A stretch of 64,000 nucleotides of DNA from Spirochaetota bacterium (GTDB lineage: Bacteria; Spirochaetota; UBA4802; UBA5550). Positions within the stretch are counted from its first letter, which is position 1; every line of letters starts with the position of its first letter. Below the pieces are notes generated by a model. It was not told where the DNA came from and ran no database searches. It saw only the letters and a list, made by a program, of their open reading frames with translations. A program made the translations under genes and the position numbers. Of this stretch, positions 43,002 through 52,135 are shown piece by piece. Location of the stretch: assembly GCA_963664815.2 (NCBI GenBank), contig CAXXHB010000003.1, positions 1,920,001 through 1,984,000 on the forward strand, in the 5' to 3' direction.

Positions 43002-43862
43002 TTATGAATTGTAAAAATCTCTAATTATTCCGGCAGTCTCCTCCGGTCTTTCCATAGGTATGGTGTGTCCTGTACCTTCAAGCAGTCTATATTCTCCGAT
43101 AGGCATAAGTGACGCAGCCTTTTTAAGATCAATAAATGTCCTGTTTTCACTTTCGGCACCCTCCAGTACAAGCACAGGACATTGTATTCCACCGAGAACC
43201 AGCCACGGGTTAAAATGCAGTCCCCCCATAAAAACAGCTGCTTCATGTTCAGGTGAACAGGCAAGATTGATACTGCCTATGGTGTTTTCAACCATTCCAT
43301 AGTTGATGAATATATCCATTGCTTCAACATCCCATTTTTTATAAAGCGTTTTTGACAGAAGATATTCCCTTGCCTCTCCCCTGTCTTTCCATTCATTGCG
43401 CCGCTTTATAGATTTTGAAGCAAGAGGATGCTGGTTAACACTCATATTCATTGTGTAAACATCCTCCGGTAAAAATATCGGTTCCATAAGTATCATCCTG
43501 CCCGGAAGGTCTGGATTAATGGAAGCAGCAATAGTTGCCACCGTAGCGCCCATGGAATGTGCCACAATGCAGCATTTTTTTATTTTGAGTTTATTGCAGA
43601 AATTGCAGATATCTTCGGCAAGGATCTTCCATTTCAATCCCCCTTCTTCCGGCAAGGCCTCTCGGTGATCGCAAAAAAATGGCGCAATGATCCTGTATTC
43701 ACTATTCAATCTGTGTGCTACAGGGTGCCATAACCAGGGGAGAAAACCTGTACCATGAAGGAACATGATAGTAGGTCCGCCCCCTTCATAAAGCAAATAT
43801 TCAATTTCCGCAGAATCATCAATCTTCTCCCGCTTTATCAGCGGGGATTTATTCTCCGTCAT
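43002..43862 (-). CDS. Alpha/beta hydrolase
   Basis: FLHGTG, AHSMG nucleophile elbow, C-terminal GH. Confidence 0.9.
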   Translation of the reverse strand: MTENKSPLIKREKIDDSAEIEYLLYEGGGPTIMFLHGTGFLPWLWHPVAHRLNSEYRIIAPFFCDHREALPEEGGLKWKILAEDICNFCNKLKIKKCCIVAHSMGATVATIAASINPDLPGRMILMEPIFLPEDVYTMNMSVNQHPLASKSIKRRNEWKDRGEAREYLLSKTLYKKWDVEAMDIFINYGMVENTIGSINLACSPEHEAAVFMGGLHFNPWLVLGGIQCPVLVLEGAESENRTFIDLKKAASLMPIGEYRLLEGTGHTIPMERPEETAGIIRDFYNS

Positions 43863-44087
43863 CAGCCGTCCTCCGATTCTGAGATTTGCATAATCTTTAA
43901 TCAGCGATTTTTTAGCAGCTGCGTTATGTTTTTATAAGGCTAATGTCCTGTTTCTTGGAAGATGATCTGCTGACATACCGGTTTTACCAAAATAGGACCA
44001 TGTGCGATCAATAAAACATCTTTTTTAGGGCTTACTTTTATTGCTAAAATATCCATTTTATTTCTCCGTCAGTTTTTGGCGTATGGC

Positions 44088-44146
44088 ATATAACTCTCAG
44101 AATAGTATCTCAATCTTCTCTGGTTGAGATACTATTCAAGTTGGCC
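44088..44146 (-). mobile_element. attC-like site (distal end of array)
   Basis: ATATAAC...GTTGGCC flanking a perfect 14-bp stem GAATAGTATCTCAA/TTGAGATACTATTC. Confidence 0.6.
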
Positions 44147-44520
44147 GGCTTTTTTATACTATAACTTTGACACAGCTCATTTTGACAGGACCAATACAAT
44201 CAGTGCATCGCCTGTTATATGCCGCCAGGTAGTCCCTGTGAGCCTGTCTAAGTGCAAAAATACTGTTTGCCCGACAGAACTGCTTGAGCAACAGCCAAAC
44301 ACAATATTAATGGATTTTAAATTACCGGATTTATAATTGCAAGAATAATTCGTATGTTGAAATTTGAATAAATAAACAAACGCATCTTTATAACAACCAA
44401 TGTATCTACTTTTAAAACACTGTTAAACGGCATTCCCAAGAATAAATTATCAGTATTTCTTAATCATCAGAATAAAAGTATCCCTTCATGGTCTTTTTAT
44501 AGTTCCATAATCATAAGATA

Positions 44521-44710
44521 TTAATATGCAGATAATAATCTACAACCGCTCTGCTTCGCCGGAGGTGACCAATACCTCACCGGTTCAGGAATCTCTTTTA
44601 CAACAAGCCTTCCGGTTTTGCATGCAGGGCAGCATGAAACGCGACAACTATCTTGGCACATAGGGCAACAGCCTTCTTTTTGTTTCTGTGTGATAGAATT
44701 CCGAAGTACT
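44521..44710 (-). pseudogene. C-terminal remnant of an IS91-family transposase
   Basis: CPACKTGRLVVKEIPEPVRYWSPP resembles the C-terminal CPxC...PP tail of IS91-like transposases. Confidence 0.45.
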
Positions 44711-44712
44711 AT

Positions 44713-45288
44713 CAGGGCAAACAATCTTGCCCTTTGCCGGATGTTTCCCGGTCAGCTGTCAGCCCCTGGCGGAGCAGTATGAGCTGAGCAAAGAGCTTCC
44801 TGAGGATACAGCTTTCCTGTTCTGGAAATATTTCAGGATTGATATAACTCTCTGCAGGGAGTGCGAAAAGGGACACATTCATTATATCCATGGCCTGTCG
44901 ACTTACGGTTAGCTGTTATAAAGAGTATAGCTGTACTTCACAAATTTAAAAAACTGTTTCATAGAGAGGATAAGTATGTCCGGAGATTTTGAGATTTTGC
45001 ATAAAATCGCCATTCACAGTCTATCAGATAACTGTAGAAATAATTATTTTACGGGATTATTATTTTTTCCGGTAAGATCATCGGATTTTTACTGTATGTT
45101 ATTTCAAAGATCGGGATAAAACGGTATTCAAATTCCTAAATATACTGTTCGATCCCAGTGGTTTCGTCCAACAGAGTCTTAACATAGCTGCTGTCTGAAG
45201 ATTGAAATCATCTGTTTAATGTTTTTATACCTCTAATAAAGATTAGCGGTTTTTTTGAGACAACTACGTTAAGACTTCTATAAGTTAT
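44713..45288 (+). repeat. Copy 1 of about 570-bp duplication (IS91 3' end plus attC-like site)
   Basis: Near-identical to 47362..47929 with a 7-bp and a 1-bp insertion. Confidence 0.93.
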
Positions 45289-45290
45289 GC
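45166..45290. mobile_element. attC-like site
   Basis: GTCCAAC-aga-GTCTTAACATAG...CTACGTTAAGAC-ttctataa-GTTATGC with internal hairpin. Confidence 0.7.
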
Positions 45291-45317
45291 GATGTTTTAG
45301 GCTTTAAAGAATAAGTT

Positions 45318-46541
45318 TTAACTATTGTTAAATTTTAACAAACCAGAATTATCATGGAATAAATTAATTATTTCGTTCGTCGTAATTTTTTTCAATAAAA
45401 AAGCTTCAAAAATTTCAAGCAGACTTTTCGTCTCAATTATCAAACTTTCATTTCTTTTTGCTAACTGGATTTGTTTTTCGTGAATTTGTTCGCGTTGTAG
45501 TAACTCTTTATTCCTTTGATGACAAATAATTAACAATGATTTTTTTGTTTTTGTTGAAATACTTTCACTTATTTTATCAAGATAATTCTGATAATGAACA
45601 TCCAATTGAGAAATGTGTTCGGATTTAACGTTTGTTGATACGCCCTTAATTTCACCAATAAAATTAATCTTCTCCAGTTCTATCAAAAAATCTTCATTTT
45701 TATTATCAATAAATCCTGTTAAATCACAATTTAATATTTGTTCAAGAATTTCAAATACAACATTAACCAAATCATTACCGTTTAAATAAAGAATCGATTT
45801 ATATTTATTGTTTCGATTAAGAAAATCATTTGCTTCTTGAATATTATTTTGTGCATTTTCTATTATTGAAATATTTTCTTGTATTGTTGATTTATGTTTT
45901 TTGTCATCATAAAAAATTACATCATTGATCCAAGATGGTATATTATCTTTTATTTTTATAAGGTTTAATAAATTTAAAAAATCGAATAATTCTTCAGTAT
46001 TATTAATTGAAAGTGTTGTTAAAATAATGTCATCAACTTCAATGGTTGTTGCTTTATTACTTAAAATTGATTTTGTTAAAACAATATGGTCAACATTAAA
46101 ATAAAAATCAGAACTAATAGTATGTGTAGATATTTGTGTTTGTGTTCTTTCAAACGTTAGTGATGTATAAGGTAACTTTAAATATTTAATTAGAATATTT
46201 ACTTCCAATTCATGCAAAATATTTTTTAGTTTACTACGACTCATATACTTACCAGAGAAATAATTATATTCAAAATTGATATCCTGTGGATAAATATATA
46301 TGATTTTTGTGTCTTGTGAGTTGTTTATCATCGTCGATAAGTGTATTAAATCGTTCGCTATATTGACTGAGTTATAACTATTCTTCGTATTACTCCATAT
46401 ATTGGAACTCCTTAAGTCAATTATATTGATTTGATACATATCAAGTGAGTCGGGATTATTAATCTCATTAATTGAAATATCATCTGAGTCAAAAGAATTA
46501 TAATTGCTTCGAGTAAGTAATTGTATCAATTTTTTATTCAT
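45318..46541 (-). CDS. Cassette protein with C-terminal PD-(D/E)XK nuclease-like domain
   Basis: Very AT-rich; coiled coil then EDFLIE...FIGEIKG...HISQL. Confidence 0.6.
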   Translation of the reverse strand: MNKKLIQLLTRSNYNSFDSDDISINEINNPDSLDMYQINIIDLRSSNIWSNTKNSYNSVNIANDLIHLSTMINNSQDTKIIYIYPQDINFEYNYFSGKYMSRSKLKNILHELEVNILIKYLKLPYTSLTFERTQTQISTHTISSDFYFNVDHIVLTKSILSNKATTIEVDDIILTTLSINNTEELFDFLNLLNLIKIKDNIPSWINDVIFYDDKKHKSTIQENISIIENAQNNIQEANDFLNRNNKYKSILYLNGNDLVNVVFEILEQILNCDLTGFIDNKNEDFLIELEKINFIGEIKGVSTNVKSEHISQLDVHYQNYLDKISESISTKTKKSLLIICHQRNKELLQREQIHEKQIQLAKRNESLIIETKSLLEIFEAFLLKKITTNEIINLFHDNSGLLKFNNS

Positions 46542-46556
46542 AATAATTTCCTAAAA

Positions 46557-46974
46557 GTCTGGTAGGTCGGGGAGTTTGCACCCCCTTTCCCCCATAAGAA
46601 CCGTACGTGAAAGTTTTACCACAGGCACTTCCTACGGTCGCCCTCCATACGGCTCAAGCCGTCTAAAGCTGATTATACAACCAGCCGTTGTTATCTGTTT
46701 GTATTCCCATTTTTCTATAGCAGAAATAATCAGAATCTTCTTTTAAAAATGGGTTCCTGTCAAGACTTATCATTCTGTGCCGTACAATTTTAATGTGTCC
46801 CGCAGTAATGAGAATCTCCTCTTCAGAGCAGAAAGTCCAATCCCTGTTTCCTATGCGTTTCCAGTACCGGTTTTTAAGCCATAAAGAATTTTTCATCGGG
46901 TGCCTGAATCTGCCCCATCTCCATAGAGCCTGAAAAAGAACAGTATCGGGATTTTTAAAGGCTTCCTTTGACAT
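46557..46974 (-). mobile_element. 3' remnant of a group II intron (RT/maturase C-terminus plus domains V-VI)
   Basis: LWRWGRFRHPMK...WTF...IVRH...NPF; DV GAGCCGTATG...CACGTACGGTTC; DVI ending CCGACCTACCAGAC. Confidence 0.88.
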
Positions 46975-47554
46975 TCAGGAAAATGCTTTTATTCCACCTC
47001 GGCAAAGAACTTAAAAACGGTTCTTTAAAGACACCTGACGGTATTGAAGATATTGCAAAGCTTTTTAATCAGCTTGCGCATATTCCATGGGTTGTAAATT
47101 CCCAGCCTCCCGGCAAAGGTAAAAAGAAACCGGTAAACATAGTCCGCTATCTTTCGAGATACGTTGCTAAAAGTGCAGTCAGTGATAAACGGATACAGAA
47201 AGCGGAGAATGGAAATGTTTACATCCGCTATTACAATAGAAAAAGGAAGCAGAGTAAAATGGAGGTTGTTACAGAGATTCAATTTATGAAACGGCTGGTG
47301 CTGCATATTCTTCCTAAAGGATTTAAAAAGTCCGGTTCTTCGGTTTTATGGCAAACCGTAACAGGGCAAACAATCTTGCCCTTTGCCGGATGTTTCCCGG
47401 TCAGCCCCTGGCGGAGCAGTATGAGCTGAGCAAAGAGCTTCTTGAGGATACGGCTTTCCTGATCTGGAAATATTTCAGGATCGATATAACTCTCTGCAGG
47501 GAGTGCGAAAAGGGACACATTCATTATATCCATGGCCTGTCGACTTACGGTTAG
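46968..47554 (+). pseudogene. IS91-family (Y2) transposase, 5'-truncated and frameshifted
   Basis: VRYLSRYVAKSAVSDKRI, FMKRLVLHILPKGFKK, then frameshift to VRFFGFMANR...CRECEKG. Confidence 0.85.
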
Positions 47555-47929
47555 CTGTTATAAAGAGTATAGCTGTACTTCACAAATTTAAAAACTGTTT
47601 CATAGAGAGGATAAGTATGCCCGGAGCTTTTGAGATTTTGCATAAAATCGCCATTCACAGTCTATCAGATAACTGTAGAAATAATTATTTTACGGGATTA
47701 TTATTTTTTCCGGTAAGATCATCGGATTTTTACTGTATGTTATTTCAAAGATCGGGATAAAACGGTATTCAAATTCCTATATATACTGTTCGATCCCAGG
47801 GGTTTCGTCCAACAGAGTCTTAACATAGTTGTTGTCTGAAGATTGAAATTATCTGTTTAATGTTTTTATACCGCTAATAAAGATTAGCGGTTTTTTTGAG
47901 GCAACTACGTTAAGACTTCTATAAGTTAT
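47362..47929 (+). repeat. Copy 2 of about 570-bp duplication
   Basis: Near-identical to 44713..45288; identity ends at GTTAT. Confidence 0.93.
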
Positions 47930-47931
47930 AT
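47807..47931. mobile_element. attC-like site
   Basis: GTCCAAC-aga-GTCTTAACATAGTTG...CAACTACGTTAAGAC-ttctataa-GTTATAT; internal ACCGCTAAT/ATTAGCGGT hairpin. Confidence 0.72.
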
Positions 47932-48199
47932 GAAGGCGGCGCGCTGAATATGAAAAGTCGGACGAAGACAGGACGTCTGAGGCCGTTGAAAAATCTATTT
48001 GTTTTGTACTAAAAGAAACAAAATTTTTTATATCTTGACAAATAATTGGTTTATTCATTATATTATGCACCTATAAGTGTTAATAAATATGCCATATCTA
48101 GAGTTTTTTGTCTAGTATCTATTAATTGTTTCAGTTGCTTTTTGAATAATTAGAAAGCCTTCTTTTTTGAAATTAAATTGTTTAAATGAAAATATTATT

Positions 48200-48934
48200 A
48201 TGAATGACGAAAATATCTTAAAATTGCCAAATATTAACAAAATAAAATACCAAAGTAATTTTATTCGTTTGGCTGTATGTGAATTGCGGTTTCCAACTCT
48301 ACTTGAATTGGAAACTAAAGAGCCTGCAAAATTTCAAGCAGCAATAAGAAAAGAATACCCATATTATACAAAAGGTAAAAACATAAATATTGAACCCGGT
48401 AGTGAAAACCCATCTCTTGAAACTGTTTACAATTTTATTTCAAAAGATCAGAGTTGGACGATTGGTCTTAAACCTTCATCCATATCGCTTGAAACTAAAG
48501 CATATAAAAATTTTAGTGAATTTCTAGAACGCTTATTAAAAGTAATTGATAAGGTAAAACCAATTATTGATACAGATTTTTTTACTCGTGTTGGTTTGAG
48601 ATATATTGATACTTTACCAGTAAAAACTGAGCCAGTCAATGAATGGATTAATCCTGAGCTTACAAACCAACTTATCAATGGGGAACTCGGTAAGCCCGGA
48701 AGTTATTGGCAAGAAATTGTTGGAAATACTTTTTGTGGTAAATATACATTTCGACATGGAATAAAAAATAACAATCATAATGATTATATTCTAGATTTTG
48801 ATTTTTATGATGAAAATGTAGAATTAAAAGATATTGGAACAAAAATTAGAAATTTACATGATGAGAGTATTAAATTATTCTTTTGGTCTCTTGGAAAAAA
48901 AAGTATAGAATATATGAATTCACAACATCAATAG
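48200..48934 (+). CDS. TIGR04255-like protein
   Basis: AVCELRFP, RVGLRYID and YILDFD motifs; start set at ATG 48200. Confidence 0.75.
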   Translation: MNDENILKLPNINKIKYQSNFIRLAVCELRFPTLLELETKEPAKFQAAIRKEYPYYTKGKNINIEPGSENPSLETVYNFISKDQSWTIGLKPSSISLETKAYKNFSEFLERLLKVIDKVKPIIDTDFFTRVGLRYIDTLPVKTEPVNEWINPELTNQLINGELGKPGSYWQEIVGNTFCGKYTFRHGIKNNNHNDYILDFDFYDENVELKDIGTKIRNLHDESIKLFFWSLGKKSIEYMNSQHQ

Positions 48935-48944
48935 GATAATAGTT

Positions 48945-49379
48945 ATGAATTTGATAACAGCAACAACTACAAAATCAGATGATATGTATAAACTGGATAA
49001 TGGTAGTTTAACAAGGTCATCATTCGATGAAATAGAAAAGGATTTGGACGATTATTCTTCATTACGAAATTGGAAGAACCAAGACCTTAAACGAACTAAT
49101 TATATAGATTCTGATGATTATATTATTGAATTTGATAAAAATAAATCAGAAGTTCAAATATCAAATGAAAATCGAATAACATTATTGGCTAGAAAGTATA
49201 TATCAGGAAAATTGTCTCTTGAAGAAGAATCTCGACTGCTTATTGAAAAAGAACGAGTTAAACAACTAATTCCACTTGTCACCATAGAAGATTATAAACT
49301 TGTTGGAGATATGCTGGCAGATGTAAAAAAAATTCAAGATAAACAAAAAGCTATCAAGGAAAAACTAAATATAAAATAA
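48945..49379 (+). CDS. Hypothetical protein (middle gene of 3-gene cassette)
   Basis: AGGA RBS, 10 bp after previous gene; disordered N-half, helical C-half. Confidence 0.7.
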   Translation: MNLITATTTKSDDMYKLDNGSLTRSSFDEIEKDLDDYSSLRNWKNQDLKRTNYIDSDDYIIEFDKNKSEVQISNENRITLLARKYISGKLSLEEESRLLIEKERVKQLIPLVTIEDYKLVGDMLADVKKIQDKQKAIKEKLNIK

Positions 49380-49383
49380 ATAT

Positions 49384-50007
49384 ATGGAACCATTCATATA
49401 TCCTCAGATAAAACATCGGCGTACCCAGACACCTCCAAAATTCAAGCGTTATCAATCATATAAAAAGTATTTAAAGGTTGAGTTTGAAAACAAGTGTATC
49501 TATTGTAGAATGCCTGATGGCTTAAAAGGAGATGCTTTTTTCGGCGTTGAACATTATAAGCCATCAAGTAAATTTAAAAGTTTAGAATGCACTTACTCAA
49601 ATTTATATTATAGTTGTAATACTTGTAACAGTAATAAAGGCAATTTTTGGCCCTCAGCACGACAATTAATTAAAAATTTATTTATTCCGAATCCATGTGA
49701 TCATATTATGATTCAACATCTTAAATACGTTGATGAGTATGTAAAGTCAAAGTCTGATACAGGAGATTTTTGCATAGAATTATTACGATTAAATGAAGAG
49801 AGTGTTGTTGATTATCGTAAATATGTAATTGATACAATAAAGATTCTTAATAAAGAACTCTCCTCTTTAAAATCTGATATAATTGAGTTTGAAAAATTAA
49901 AATTAAGTGATAAAAATAAATTAGACGAAATAAAATCAGCTATAAATGAAACAAATGAAAATATTGAAAGAATAGATAAACATATTCAACGTCTTACTGG
50001 AAAATAA
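49384..50007 (+). CDS. HNH endonuclease
   Basis: CIYC...VEHYKP...YSNLYYSCNTCNSNKG; C-terminal coiled coil. Confidence 0.88.
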   Translation: MEPFIYPQIKHRRTQTPPKFKRYQSYKKYLKVEFENKCIYCRMPDGLKGDAFFGVEHYKPSSKFKSLECTYSNLYYSCNTCNSNKGNFWPSARQLIKNLFIPNPCDHIMIQHLKYVDEYVKSKSDTGDFCIELLRLNEESVVDYRKYVIDTIKILNKELSSLKSDIIEFEKLKLSDKNKLDEIKSAINETNENIERIDKHIQRLTGK

Positions 50008-50033
50008 TTAATATTACTCTTTTTATAATTCAT

Positions 50034-50074
50034 ATTTCAGAAAAAGCGGGCAGGACGCCAGCTTTTTCTGAAAT
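50034..50074. terminator. Strong hairpin after HNH gene
   Basis: ATTTCAGAAAAAGC...GCTTTTTCTGAAAT perfect 14-bp stem. Confidence 0.55.
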
Positions 50075-50099
50075 CAGTAAAAAGTCAAGCGCCGCTTTC

Positions 50100-50197
50100 A
50101 TATAACGTTTTGCTTACCCGAAGTTGCGCGGCCTTTTGCGCAATTTGCCGCAGGCCAAGTGAGGTACTCCGAACGCAGCGGGTAAGCTTTGTTATAT
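50100..50197 (-). mobile_element. attC site
   Basis: Minus strand ATATAAC-aaa-GCTTACCCG...GGCCTGCGGCAAATT...CGGGTAAGC-aaaac-GTTATAT; complementary R and L boxes. Confidence 0.85.
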
Positions 50198-50280
50198 GCT
50201 GAAAGCGCGATCATGAAATGTTTTGAGCAAGCGAAGCACGGATGCTGAGCTTGTACTAACGGATTATTATTAAATTTCCC

Positions 50281-50952
50281 TTATAATGGTTCCCATGTTT
50301 TAATAGGTTCTTGAAATTCACCATCAATTTCATCCGGTTTAAACGTGAATAAATAATTTTGCAACCATAAGTATTTATCTCTAATTTGTACTTTGTTTTT
50401 TATGTCACTAGAATTTGTTTTTACCATATTTTTTAAAACATCATATATTTTTTTCCAATTAGTATTATCAATAATATGCAATTGATAATTATTACCGTCT
50501 CTTCTTATTAAATTTTTTTCTTGAAGTGTGGAAAAAGTACCTTTATTTTTTTCAATCTCAATTATATTTGGGTTAATTAAAATTCTGGGATATGTTGCTA
50601 TTTGCTCTAACTGATAAGCTTCTGATAATGCTAAACTATAAGTTATTGTATCGTTTTCAAAATGTTTATTAAAGGATGTTCCTCCTCTGATTAACAATCC
50701 ATTTTCCATAAAATTAATAAATATATTTTTCAATATTTCAAGAAAATATATGACATTGTTAGTATCGTTATAAGCAATGAATAATGAATCCGATATTGAT
50801 TTATAGCTTATATCCGTTTTGCTAAAACCTTGTAGATATTGAAAAGATGATTGTAGCTTTTCTTTAAATAACTCTGTATTTTTTCTTTCATCATCTTCTA
50901 TAAATTGCTTATAACCAAGTACATCTAAAAAAGCATATAATTTATAACTCAT
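50281..50952 (-). CDS. Nucleotidyl-cyclase-like hypothetical protein (cassette)
   Basis: AFLDVLGYK, SISDSLFI, LIRGG, AYQLE...PRI; overlaps ParA stop (ATGA). Confidence 0.6.
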   Translation of the reverse strand: MSYKLYAFLDVLGYKQFIEDDERKNTELFKEKLQSSFQYLQGFSKTDISYKSISDSLFIAYNDTNNVIYFLEILKNIFINFMENGLLIRGGTSFNKHFENDTITYSLALSEAYQLEQIATYPRILINPNIIEIEKNKGTFSTLQEKNLIRRDGNNYQLHIIDNTNWKKIYDVLKNMVKTNSSDIKNKVQIRDKYLWLQNYLFTFKPDEIDGEFQEPIKTWEPL

Positions 50953-51977
50953 ATTGTTAACGACTCAACAATTTTTTTTATTTCATCTTTATATGCAATT
51001 AATTTTGTATTATATGTGTCCCAGACTTGACCATAAAACTTTTGATTTATTTCTGATAAATATGTTGAATCGTCTTGGCTGATGTCAAATATAGCTTTCC
51101 CTACGATTTGTGCAACTGGAAGTAGGGGCCCAAGATCTTCAACTTCTGATATTATTGGTTTGTTCCCTATTTCTTTAGAGTTGGATTTTAAAGAACCATC
51201 TTTGATACAAGACTTCAATTCGTCGGTTATTTTATTACTCCATACATCATATACCTTTTTAGCTTTTCCTTGATACTTTTGATATTTTTGGGAGATGGAG
51301 CCTAAAAATATTGGAAAGGATTTAGTTACTTCAATTCCGAAAGGTGATAATGTATCATATATTAGTTCATCAGTTTTTTCCCATTCATTAAAAAGATTTT
51401 TTAATACTTTGATTGCTAACATAGAAAAACGATCAGGACTGACTGGGATAAAAAATCCATCCGTTGCGAGAAAAGCAAGTCTTGTTAATGCACCACTACT
51501 GGGACCAACGTCTGTGATTATATAATCATATTTATTTCTATAGTCATCTATAAGTCTTTTAAAAGAAACATATGTATTTTTTTCATTAACTCTGCTTGTA
51601 ATTGCAAAATCAATTGCTGATGCAAAATATTGTTCTGCACGTGCACTAAACTGGAAATCGCCACGTATTAAATCTAAGTTTGGATATAATTTAGATTTGC
51701 TTATTACGATTTTTGAAGTATCAATTCGATGTGATGCTCCATCTATTCGGTCTTGAAAGGCGTCTAATATTGATGTTCCGGGTAAATCTTTTTCGGGATT
51801 ATCCATTATTTCAGTATTTGAAGCGAAAAATAATTCTGTTAAATTACATTGTGGATCTGCGTCTATTAGTAATATTTTTTTACCAAGAATTTTACTCAAA
51901 TAAACTCCAACATTAAAGGCAGTAGTTGTTTTTGAAACACCACCTTTATTATTATAAAATGTAATCGCCTGTATCAT
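50949..51977 (-). CDS. ParA/Soj-family ATPase (cassette)
   Basis: NNKGGVSKTT, IDADPQCNLT, YDYIITDVGP. Confidence 0.9.
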   Translation of the reverse strand: MIQAITFYNNKGGVSKTTTAFNVGVYLSKILGKKILLIDADPQCNLTELFFASNTEIMDNPEKDLPGTSILDAFQDRIDGASHRIDTSKIVISKSKLYPNLDLIRGDFQFSARAEQYFASAIDFAITSRVNEKNTYVSFKRLIDDYRNKYDYIITDVGPSSGALTRLAFLATDGFFIPVSPDRFSMLAIKVLKNLFNEWEKTDELIYDTLSPFGIEVTKSFPIFLGSISQKYQKYQGKAKKVYDVWSNKITDELKSCIKDGSLKSNSKEIGNKPIISEVEDLGPLLPVAQIVGKAIFDISQDDSTYLSEINQKFYGQVWDTYNTKLIAYKDEIKKIVESLTI

Positions 51978-52049
51978 AGCTTCTCCTTCTCTTTGTACAT
52001 TTTTATAAATGAGGCCACGGATGGCCGATTAAAAAGTTTTTGCGCTTTT

Positions 52050-52135
52050 TGCATATAACTCTTTTCTATCCGAACAAACTTTCGCATAGTACAGGAAAAT
52101 TCTGTTAAAACCGAAAGAAAGTACGTACAGTAAAG
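52050..52135 (-). mobile_element. Probable attI site immediately downstream of integrase
   Basis: Minus strand ...CGGATAGAAAAGA-GTTATATGC at first cassette start; matches GCATATAAC at that cassette's end; no attC-type hairpin upstream. Confidence 0.6.

Noticed and set aside
44159-44220. CTATAAC...GTTATAT as a fifth attC
   Set aside because: The interior has TTTGACA direct repeats but no convincing L-box pairing
50949-51977. ParA as a plasmid or chromosome partition system
   Set aside because: No ParB, rep gene or parS-like repeats; it lies within a cassette
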